A DNA stretch of 51,267 nt, taken from assembly GCA_016181465.1 (NCBI GenBank), contig JACOZG010000041.1:1-51267 (forward strand), given 5' to 3'. Below are positions 37,446 through 44,353 of this stretch, one piece after another. Made by a program: the position numbers and the translations under genes. Position 1 is the first letter of the stretch. The number at the start of each line of letters is the position of its first letter. Below the pieces are notes generated by a model. The model saw only the letters and a list, made by a program, of their open reading frames with translations, made no database searches and was not told the origin of the DNA. Origin of the DNA: Candidatus Vogelbacteria bacterium. GTDB taxonomy: Bacteria; Patescibacteriota; Minisyncoccia; Phycocordibacterales; JACOZG01.

Positions 37446-37814
37446 ATGGAGCGCCCCCCCCGCAGGAAAAATTTGCCGATTATTGAACGGTTGGTGACGG
37501 CGTATAAATTATGGCATGGATTTCAAGTTCACATTCCGAAAGTTCCTCGTTACAGTTTGGGGATAAAGATTGATCGGCTGTTTATAGAAGTAATCGAATT
37601 GGTCTTCAACACCCTGCAAACTAACGAAAAAATGTCACCGCTAGAATCCGCCTCGCAAAAAATGGACACGCTCAAATTTATGTTGCGAGTCGCTTGGGAA
37701 ACAGGGGTGTTAGATGACAAAAAATACACGAGTTTGTCTGAAGAATTGAACGAGGTCGGCCGGCAATTAGGCGGCTGGTTGAAGAAAGTCCAAAAAGAAA
37801 ACTCCGCCCGATGA
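37446..37814 (+). CDS. avd: Avd-like DGR accessory protein (four-helix-bundle / S23-IVS family)
   Basis: 122 aa. The pattern KLWHGF....PKVPRYSLGIKIDRL...LKFMLRVAWETGVLDDKKYTSLSEELNEVGRQLGGWLK fits the TIGR02436-type bundle. Head-to-head with the RT gene, with 14 nt between the ATGs. Confidence 0.7.
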   Translation: MERPPRRKNLPIIERLVTAYKLWHGFQVHIPKVPRYSLGIKIDRLFIEVIELVFNTLQTNEKMSPLESASQKMDTLKFMLRVAWETGVLDDKKYTSLSEELNEVGRQLGGWLKKVQKENSAR

Positions 37815-37823
37815 GAGGCGGAG
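37790..37823 (-). terminator. Hairpin plus U-tract downstream of TR (minus-strand sense), overlapping the avd stop
   Basis: The minus strand reads ctccgcc-tctcatcg-ggcggag followed by ttttctttttgg. It lies 42 nt after the TR 3' end. Confidence 0.4.
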
Positions 37824-37865
37824 AAATGAAGAGAATTTCGGACAGCGAGGAAGCGATAATGCTCA

Positions 37866-37974
37866 TTCCAGTCACTCTCAAACCAGTTGAGGTTGAGCTT
37901 GCGCTTGTCGTTCCACTTGTCGAGATACGTGACGTTCCGGTTGCCGTTCAGGTTTCGCCACGGTGAACCAATGT
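37866..37974 (-). repeat. DGR template repeat (TR)
   Basis: Gap-free alignment to 38211..38319 at offset 345. All 14 mismatches in 37868..37974 are at TR adenines. A conceptual translation is Asn(AAY)-rich: GSPWRNLNGNRNVTYLDKWNDKRKLNLNWFESDWN. Confidence 0.88.
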
Positions 37975-38206
37975 GCAAGATATCATCCGCGCCACCACCC
38001 CTTGAAGGCCTGATGACAATCTTGGGGTTGAATCTAATTTGGGATCTAAAATCCACCAATATCCTGCACCAAGTATCTTCATTTTTAAAACCACAACAGA
38101 TCGCACTAGACGCAAGCTTACCCGTGTCTATTCCGGATCTTGTTGTCGCTTGGTTCGGCGGTCGCAAGCGTACCCGCGACCCGATATTGCCTGACCAAAC
38201 ATAATT

Positions 38207-38725
38207 TTACCACCAGTCACTCCCAAACCAGTGGAGGCTGAGCTTGCGCTTGACGTGCCACTCGCCGAGATACGTGACGCGCCGGTAGCCGTGCAGGTTC
38301 CGCCACGGTGAACCAAGGGCAATTATCGGAAATTGTCTCTGGAGGTCGGGGCGCGCGGCGCCAAGCGCCAAGAGTTCCTCAATCCTCGTCGGGCGGTAAC
38401 CGACTCGGTCGAGTTCGGCCATAACCTGTTCCGAGGACATCACCCGACCAAAGTGGAAAAGTTCCACCTCGACTGCCTGTTGACCGCGGCCGGTGACCGG
38501 GAAGTGTTCGGCGGTGATGCTGGAGTTCACCGAGTCATATCGTCCGGCGGCGATCATCTCGGCGAGGGTCTGGTCGTAATTGACGACCAGTTTGTAGGCG
38601 GGGCGGACGGTGGACTTCTCGACCGCCTTCTGGCTACTCTCCTCTTCTGGCGGACACAGGTCCCGAAGGAACTCTTGGAGTCCTTTGGGATTATCAATCC
38701 ATCCTTGCATGACAGTACCATCCAT
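38207..38725 (-). CDS. DGR target protein (172 aa), VR forms the last ~36 codons
   Basis: ORF ends ...GSPWRNLHGYRRVTYLGEWHVKRKLSLHWFGSDWW*. No signal peptide or TM segment seen. N-terminal domain not recognised. Confidence 0.8.
   Translation of the reverse strand: MDGTVMQGWIDNPKGLQEFLRDLCPPEEESSQKAVEKSTVRPAYKLVVNYDQTLAEMIAAGRYDSVNSSITAEHFPVTGRGQQAVEVELFHFGRVMSSEQVMAELDRVGYRPTRIEELLALGAARPDLQRQFPIIALGSPWRNLHGYRRVTYLGEWHVKRKLSLHWFGSDWW
38211..38319 (-). repeat. DGR variable repeat (VR)
   Basis: Counterpart of the TR. Ends at the stop codon of the target gene. Confidence 0.88.
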
Positions 38726-38797
38726 GTTTGGCCTTATCCATGGCGTTTTCTCCTTTCGGTTTTGCCACTATTATTTCGCCAGAGGACTAACCACATT

Positions 38798-38851
38798 GGT
38801 AGTCATAGCCATGAAATACCAATGGTTTAGTACCTCGTGGCTATGACTACC
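38798..38851. repeat. Perfect 14-bp inverted repeat with 26-nt loop
   Basis: ggtagtcatagcca (38798..38811) and tggctatgactacc (38838..38851). Lies in the gap between the DGR target gene and rpmB. Confidence 0.8.
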
Positions 38852-38984
38852 GTTTCGCAAATTTCAAAGTACTCACTACCCACAAGAACCAGATTTTAGT
38901 CGCTACTTTTAGGTTAGCATAAGCGCTATAAAAAGTCAAGTGTAAATCTCAAAAATTGATGGTAGCATAAAACCGATAAATAAA

Positions 38985-39194
38985 ATGAAAACCTGTTACT
39001 TCTGCGGCAAAGGGAGTCTGGTCGGCGGCGGGTATTCTAACCGCGTCCGGGCGACTAAATTCAACCCCACTGGCTTGAGACGGCGACAGCCCAATCTTCA
39101 GTGGGCCAGTCTGCCAAGCGGCCAACGAACTAAAATTTGCACCCGTTGCCTTAAAAGAGGGAAATATCTCACAAAGAAAAGTCCCCCACTTTAA
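38985..39194 (+). CDS. rpmB: 50S ribosomal protein L28
   Basis: 69 aa. CYFCGKG...SNRVRATKFNPTG..RRQPNLQ fits L28. Confidence 0.8.
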   Translation: MKTCYFCGKGSLVGGGYSNRVRATKFNPTGLRRRQPNLQWASLPSGQRTKICTRCLKRGKYLTKKSPPL

Positions 39195-39209
39195 GCGAGG
39201 GACTCGAAT

Positions 39210-39869
39210 TCAACACTGCGACAGAAGACCGGTAATAACTGACGGTAAATCCTCAAGCTCGTGCACCCAGGCCACGGCGCCGGCCGTGACCAATACCGGT
39301 GGCATGAACGGGTAATCAGCGGCAAAACCGATCGGGAGAATACCGGCGGCGCGAGCGTCGCGCATGTCTGACGAGAGGTCGCCGACAAAACAGGCGCGCT
39401 CGGGCGGCAGGCCAAAATCGGCGCTGGCGGCGCGGAGCGATTCGGTTTTGATCGCGGCGCCGGCGTAGACAGCATCGAAAAGTCCCCGAAGATCGAATTT
39501 CGACAATTTTGCCTCGATCCGTTCCGGACGGCCAGAACTCACAATAGCGGTTCTAAAACCGAAAGTCCTCAAACGCTCGACCGTCGGTCTAATCCCCCAA
39601 TACGGTTCAACCACTTCCTCATAGCAGGGAATGATCCGGAAAAAGAGGTCATCCAGTTCAGCCGGCGACGAGGTTACGCCGTAAGCGCGATAAAAACTAG
39701 CGCACGGCATGGCAAAGGTCGTCAAAAAACATTCGACATCGGGCAAACGCGCTTCAGGTACGCCAACCGCAAACAAGACCTCGCGCGTTGTCCGCCAAAT
39801 CGCCCCAATGCTGTCCAAAACCACTCCGTCCAAGTCAAAAAAGACGCCGCGACCGTTCCGGTCAGCCAT
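39210..39869 (-). CDS. HAD-superfamily hydrolase (phosphoglycolate phosphatase-like)
   Basis: Motif I FFDLDGVVLDS. Motif IV-like GDLSSDMRDA. Confidence 0.7.
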   Translation of the reverse strand: MADRNGRGVFFDLDGVVLDSIGAIWRTTREVLFAVGVPEARLPDVECFLTTFAMPCASFYRAYGVTSSPAELDDLFFRIIPCYEEVVEPYWGIRPTVERLRTFGFRTAIVSSGRPERIEAKLSKFDLRGLFDAVYAGAAIKTESLRAASADFGLPPERACFVGDLSSDMRDARAAGILPIGFAADYPFMPPVLVTAGAVAWVHELEDLPSVITGLLSQC

Positions 39870-39920
39870 AACCCCCTTCTCCTTTCTTGACTAAAAAGTC
39901 AAAGACCAACAAAGATCAAC

Positions 39921-40778
39921 TTACCCTTTCCAGTTTAGCATAATTCCATCGCTTTCAAAAATAATCGTGCCTGATTCGTCGGTCCGAAGGATCTCGGCGC
40001 CGATTCGTCGCAACGACTCCAGCACGGTTTCCCGCGGGTGGCCGTAACGGTTATTCTGACCGGCGGAAATCACGGCATAAGCCGGCCGGACGGCGGCGAG
40101 AAACGACGGGTCGCTCGAAGTGTCGGAACCGTGATGGCCGGCTTTCAGGACATCAGACGCGAGCGCGCGGCGGTCAAACGCCAATAAATATTTTTCAATT
40201 TTGATCGGCGTGTCGCCGGTGAGCAAAAATTCGTTCTCGCCGTAAGTCAGCCGCGCCACGATCGAGGCGGTGTTCGTTTCCCAGCCGGACGGATCGCGAT
40301 CGGGAAACAAAATTTCCAACACCGCGCCGCGGCCCAAAACGATTGCCATTCCCCGGCGAGCGGCAATTACCTTCGCGCCTTCGGCCGCCACCGCGGCGCG
40401 GAAAGCTCGGTAAATCGCCGTGTCAGACGAGACGCCGGGCTCCATTACCGCGCCAACAACGAAACGTTCCAGCACTGCCGGGAAGCCGCCGATGTGATCG
40501 GCGTCCGGATGAGTCGCAATCATCAAATCAATGGAACGATCAGAGAACGGCATCACTTGGCCGAGCGCCCGCAAGACCTGCCGGCCCGAACCGGCGTCAA
40601 TCAATACCTGGTTGCCGTTCGGCGCCTCAATATAAATGGCATCGCCCTGCCCGACATCGAGAAAAGCCGCTGTCAGCACTCCGCGCTCGGCGCCGTCGAT
40701 CGTCTGCCAAACAAAGACATTCCCTATCAGCAAAACGATGGCCGCGGCCGCCGGCCAGTTCTTAAACCAAAATTTCAT
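39921..40778 (-). CDS. ComEC/Rec2-related metallo-beta-lactamase domain protein (stand-alone, TM-anchored)
   Basis: 285 aa. N-terminal TM helix, FLDVGQGDAIYIEAPNGNQVLIDAG, ATHPDADHIGG. Confidence 0.7.
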   Translation of the reverse strand: MKFWFKNWPAAAAIVLLIGNVFVWQTIDGAERGVLTAAFLDVGQGDAIYIEAPNGNQVLIDAGSGRQVLRALGQVMPFSDRSIDLMIATHPDADHIGGFPAVLERFVVGAVMEPGVSSDTAIYRAFRAAVAAEGAKVIAARRGMAIVLGRGAVLEILFPDRDPSGWETNTASIVARLTYGENEFLLTGDTPIKIEKYLLAFDRRALASDVLKAGHHGSDTSSDPSFLAAVRPAYAVISAGQNNRYGHPRETVLESLRRIGAEILRTDESGTIIFESDGIMLNWKG

Positions 40779-40800
40779 TTAATCAGCTGTACGTAATGAT

Positions 40801-41271
40801 TTAAAAAAGAGCCGCCAAAACTTTAGCAAATCCAGGAAGCAAATCAAAAGTTTTGGCGTCTTTGACTTTTAGCCATTGATAATTTTGCGCCTCCCAATCC
40901 AACTTGATTTTATCGGTCTTGACCTCAACCAGGATCGGGTGAACAATCCAAGTCTTGCCGTATTCTTCTGCCTCTTGATCAAAGACCGGGCCGCGATGAA
41001 TCGCGATGATGTCGCCGGCTTTAATCCCTAATTCTTCTCGCAATTCGTCTGTCACTTTTTCCTCAATACTTCTTCCGTCATCAAGAAAACCGGAGATACC
41101 ATTCCAGAAACCCGGATACAAGGGCATTTTCTGACTCCTCTGGACAAGTAGAATCCGTCCCCCATGCTTAACAACGCAATTGATTACCGGCGCGTAACGG
41201 ATATTTGTATAATCAACCTGCCCGGGCCGCGGCTTAAATTTAGGTTCGGGCGTTTCGTGAACGTGGGACAT
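40801..41271 (-). CDS. NUDIX hydrolase
   Basis: Nudix box GFLDDGRSIEEKVTDELREELGI. Confidence 0.85.
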   Translation of the reverse strand: MSHVHETPEPKFKPRPGQVDYTNIRYAPVINCVVKHGGRILLVQRSQKMPLYPGFWNGISGFLDDGRSIEEKVTDELREELGIKAGDIIAIHRGPVFDQEAEEYGKTWIVHPILVEVKTDKIKLDWEAQNYQWLKVKDAKTFDLLPGFAKVLAALF

Positions 41272-41710
41272 TTGCTTTTTTCGCTTGATTTATTCGTTGG
41301 ACAAAGATTTTTATCGGTTGATTATTTATCTGGATGATTTTATCGATGTCTGATAAAGGGTCACTGCTTGTTCTATGAGTTTAGTTTTGACAACCTCAAT
41401 ATCAGTATCGCCGTGTAATTCTTTAATCGCCACAAAAACAAAATTATTTGGGACTCTCGAATATATTTTCTTACTTACTACGAGCGTCCGCACTTGTATA
41501 TCATCTATGAGTTCTTATCGGCACTTTTTCTGTAGCGGTAAATTTTATCTTTTTCCCGGTTCTAGTATAAAAATTGACCCGTATGGGTTTATTTTTATGA
41601 CGAGTGGCAATAAAGGTTACAAGTTTTTTATTCATATAATAATATACTACCCCGATAACTTTTTAAATGCAAAGATGGTTTTAATTAATTACGATCGCCA
41701 GATATTCTTC

Positions 41711-41878
41711 TTACATGTCATAATTTTCTTCCCGATCTTTATCTCCTAGCTCATTTTCTAGTTCTTCTATTCTTTCTTCTAACTCTGCTATTTCTCTTTC
41801 TAATCTGATTTTACCGCTGGCTGATATTCCAACAATAATAACTACGCCTAGAATTATCGCCCACCAAGGTATAAACAT
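41711..41878 (-). CDS. Possible 55-aa TM plus coiled-coil ORF (below ORF-track cutoff)
   Basis: My translation is MFIPWWAIILGVVIIVGISASGKIRLEREIAELEERIEELENELGDKDREENYDM. Lies in an AT-rich ORF-poor stretch. Confidence 0.35.
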   Translation of the reverse strand: MFIPWWAIILGVVIIVGISASGKIRLEREIAELEERIEELENELGDKDREENYDM

Positions 41879-41963
41879 ATAGTTATTTTAGCAAATGTGA
41901 GAGATTTAGGCATTTCGTTATTCACAGTTACTAGCACTTTTCTGACGAAATTCCAAGGACCGA

Positions 41964-42692
41964 TCAAGCGGCAATGGCCGCGCCCATGAGCACCCGCTCC
42001 AGAGTCGGACCGCGGAGCAGATCCGCCGCCCGGCCGGCAAAGGTTACTCGCCCCTGTTCCAGCACATACGCCCGATGGGCGACCTCAAGCAGTGATTTGA
42101 TATTGTGCTCCACCACGATGATTGCCGTCCGCCGGCGCTCATTAATTTCGCGAATGAGTTTAAATATTTCTTTCACCAGAAGCGGCGCGAGGCCAAGCGA
42201 CGGCTCGTCGAGCAACAGAACTTTTGGATCAGGCATCAAGCCGCGGGCGATGGCCAGCATCTGCTGACCGCCGCCAGACAGCAAGCCAGCCTTGGCCGCG
42301 AGACGAGCCCGTAAAAGAGGGAAAAATTCCAGCACCTCGCCAATTCGCTCTTTAATAATCCGGCGGTCGCGGACGACAAACCCGCCAACTTCAAGATTCT
42401 CGAGCACCGAAAGGTGCGCAAACACTCGCCGGCCCTGCGGCACAAAAGCAATTCCCCGCCGCGCCATTTCTTCGGGCCGCGGTTGGATAAGCTCGCCGTG
42501 CCAGCGGATTTCGCCGCGGGTAAGCGGCACAAGACCGAAGATACTCTTCAGCACTGTGGACTTGCCGGCGCCGTTCGGTCCCAACATTGCCACGATCTCT
42601 CCCTCATCAATCTCGGCCGAGACGTCGTCAAGCGCTCGAACCCCGCCAAAATTGACAAGAGCGTCTTTCAGTTGAAGCAAAACTTCTTTCAT
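41964..42692 (-). CDS. livF: Branched-chain amino acid ABC transporter ATP-binding protein (LivF-type)
   Basis: Walker A GPNGAGKST, signature LSGGGQQ, Walker B LLLDEPS. Confidence 0.85.
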   Translation of the reverse strand: MKEVLLQLKDALVNFGGVRALDDVSAEIDEGEIVAMLGPNGAGKSTVLKSIFGLVPLTRGEIRWHGELIQPRPEEMARRGIAFVPQGRRVFAHLSVLENLEVGGFVVRDRRIIKERIGEVLEFFPLLRARLAAKAGLLSGGGQQMLAIARGLMPDPKVLLLDEPSLGLAPLLVKEIFKLIREINERRRTAIIVVEHNIKSLLEVAHRAYVLEQGRVTFAGRAADLLRGPTLERVLMGAAIAA

Positions 42693-43423
42693 TCCCCAAG
42701 ATACGCGTCCACCACTTCTCGCCTCGCCAATACTTTTTCCGGCTGGCCTTCGGCCAAGAGCTCGCCCGAGTCCAGTACTATCACTCGGTCAGACAAGTCG
42801 CGAATCAAATTCATATTGTGTTCGACCAAAATCACGGTCTTACCGGCCTGGCGCAACTCCCGGAGAATTTTCGCCACGGTCTTGGCCATCTCCGGGAACA
42901 GGCCGGCAAACGGTTCGTCGAAAAAATAAACTTCAGCTTTCGTCGCCAGCGCCCGAGCAATCTCCAGGAGTTTGCGCTGGCCGTAAGACAGCGCGTTGGC
43001 CAAGGCCTGCCGCTTCTCCCAAAGGCCGACGCGGCCGAGCATCCGTTCGGCCTCGGCCAAATGAAATGATTGATGCCGCTCGAACAGCGCCGGCCAAACC
43101 CCGCGCTCGGTCAACATTAACAGAATATTGTCGAGTACCGACAATTGTTCAAACAACCGCACTTCCTGAAAAGTCCGCGTTAAACCGTAATCAGCCGCGA
43201 CATAGGATTTAAGGGCCGACAGGGTTGTATCTTCACCAATTTTTACCACCCCTTCATCCCACGGCAGAACGCCGGTCAAAAGATTGATCAAGGTAGACTT
43301 GCCCGAGCCGTTCGGTCCGATGAGTCCGGTGATTTGACCCGGCCGAAACTCAAGCGATAACTTCGCCACCGCCGCCACGCCGTCAAAATGCTTGGAGAGA
43401 TTTTTGGTGGTGATGATGGGCAT
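42689..43423 (-). CDS. livG: Branched-chain amino acid ABC transporter ATP-binding protein (LivG-type)
   Basis: GPNGSGKST, LSYGQRKLLEIARAL, FFDEPFAG. Confidence 0.85.
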   Translation of the reverse strand: MPIITTKNLSKHFDGVAAVAKLSLEFRPGQITGLIGPNGSGKSTLINLLTGVLPWDEGVVKIGEDTTLSALKSYVAADYGLTRTFQEVRLFEQLSVLDNILLMLTERGVWPALFERHQSFHLAEAERMLGRVGLWEKRQALANALSYGQRKLLEIARALATKAEVYFFDEPFAGLFPEMAKTVAKILRELRQAGKTVILVEHNMNLIRDLSDRVIVLDSGELLAEGQPEKVLARREVVDAYLGE

Positions 43424-43579
43424 TTATTCGTCTAATTTTACGAATTGGCCGTCGCGGATCTGTTTTTCAAATTCTCTCAAACGCGAAAGCTCACGGTTAT
43501 TCCATCTTTGGCTCCAGCCCATTTTGTACGGTTTGCACAGAGCACAACTTCGTCTTTTAAGTTTGAAACGTTTGCGCAT
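43424..43579 (-). CDS. Small basic CxxC protein, paralog of 31856..32005 (below ORF-track cutoff)
   Basis: My translation is MRKRFKLKRRSCALCKPYKMGWSQRWNNRELSRLREFEKQIRDGQFVKLDE. Its TAA is immediately followed by the livG ATG. Confidence 0.6.
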   Translation of the reverse strand: MRKRFKLKRRSCALCKPYKMGWSQRWNNRELSRLREFEKQIRDGQFVKLDE

Positions 43580-43584
43580 AATGT

Positions 43585-43644
43585 TTAATAAAGCTCGCCG
43601 TGGGTGCCGAACAACAAAAAATCGCCCCGCCTCACTTCACTCAT
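43585..43644 (-). pseudogene. Remnant of a RelE-family toxin 3' end
   Basis: My translation ...RRGDFLLFGTHGELY* resembles the C-terminus ...NDRVVFLLIGTHGEL* of the intact toxin at 45508..45765. Overlaps the hicA stop. Confidence 0.4.
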
Positions 43645-43867
43645 TTCTTAATTTAGAAAATTCCTCCGGCGAGATTTTAATTTGCCCTAAAATCTGACGC
43701 AATAATCCAGTGCTAATCTCCTCACTTGGATGAACGGGAACAAGCGTCGTCCGACCGTCATCATGACGAAAGAAAAGATGAGAACCCTTTTGCCGGACTG
43801 AATAAAATTGAAGTTTGTGCAATACTCGAATAATCTCTCTCGCTCGGATACTCCCCAGATGGGTCAT
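43637..43867 (-). CDS. hicA: HicA-family toxin
   Basis: REIIRVLHKLQFYSVRQKGSHLFFRHDDGRTTLVPVHPSEEISTGLLRQIL. Confidence 0.85.
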   Translation of the reverse strand: MTHLGSIRAREIIRVLHKLQFYSVRQKGSHLFFRHDDGRTTLVPVHPSEEISTGLLRQILGQIKISPEEFSKLRNE

Positions 43868-44109
43868 ACCTCCACGGTGTCCAGACCAATAAAAACCGGT
43901 TCAACAACTTCCAACCCTCGAATGCGACGGCGATAGACGGCATCTTCTTTGGCCACCTCCAAACACAAAGCAATGGCTTCTCGCACTCGTTTCCTAAGAG
44001 TACCAAGTTCTTTCGCTTGAGTATAACAACCGGGCAAAGCCGGCACGGAAGCAATAAAGTAACCATCCGCGCCCTGTTCAATAACAATTTTGAAATTTCT
44101 TTTTACCAT
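43864..44109 (-). CDS. hicB: HicB-family antitoxin
   Basis: FKIVIEQGADGYFIASVPALPGCYTQAKELGTL. 4-nt overlap with hicA. Confidence 0.8.
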   Translation of the reverse strand: MVKRNFKIVIEQGADGYFIASVPALPGCYTQAKELGTLRKRVREAIALCLEVAKEDAVYRRRIRGLEVVEPVFIGLDTVEV

Positions 44110-44302
44110 CCCCTTACTATACCATCACTCGGCCAGGCGGACAAACCCGCCTACTTCTTGCTTTGACTCAAAAAGTAAACGGCCAATCCCAGACAGAGAA
44201 TGAAAATACCCAACCCGATTGGTGACGACCAACTCAAATATTGCATCCAATTAATCATCATTTAAATCTTACCATAGGGTTATTCCGTTGACAAGCCAGC
44301 CG

Positions 44303-44350
44303 CTACCTCTCAAAATGCTTGCTCAAATTTTTAGTGGCGATGGTAGGCAT
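44303..44350 (-). pseudogene. Duplicated livG 5' fragment (15 codons)
   Basis: MPTIATKNLSKHFER* compared with the livG start MPIITTKNLSKHFDG. 44310..44350 matches 43383..43423 at 33 of 41 nt. Starts 3 nt after the stop of the binding-protein gene. Confidence 0.6.
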
Positions 44351-44353
44351 AAG

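Larger units (their letters stand above)
36497..38725 (-). mobile_element. Diversity-generating retroelement (target gene with VR, TR, inverted avd, RT)
   Basis: A TR/VR pair with adenine-only mismatches, a YADD reverse transcriptase and an Avd-like four-helix-bundle gene, all within 2.2 kb. Confidence 0.88.

Noticed and set aside
37550-38167. 205-aa minus-strand ORF covering the TR and the antisense of avd
   Set aside because: It is the conceptual translation of the non-coding template repeat (Asn-rich copy of the VR) fused to the avd antisense. avd on the + strand has a convincing family pattern, so this ORF is treated as spurious.
38111-38178. Two similar 16-mers (cgcaagcttacccgtg at 38111 and cgcaagcgtacccgcg at 38163) in the VR-TR spacer
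   Set aside because: Short and imperfect, so I cannot distinguish this from chance. Mentioned only as a possible element of DGR target recognition.
41375-41749. 124-aa plus-strand ORF in an AT-rich region
   Set aside because: Phe/Ile/Ser/Tyr-rich low-complexity translation of AT-rich DNA with no motif. Overlaps more plausible minus-strand mini-ORFs.
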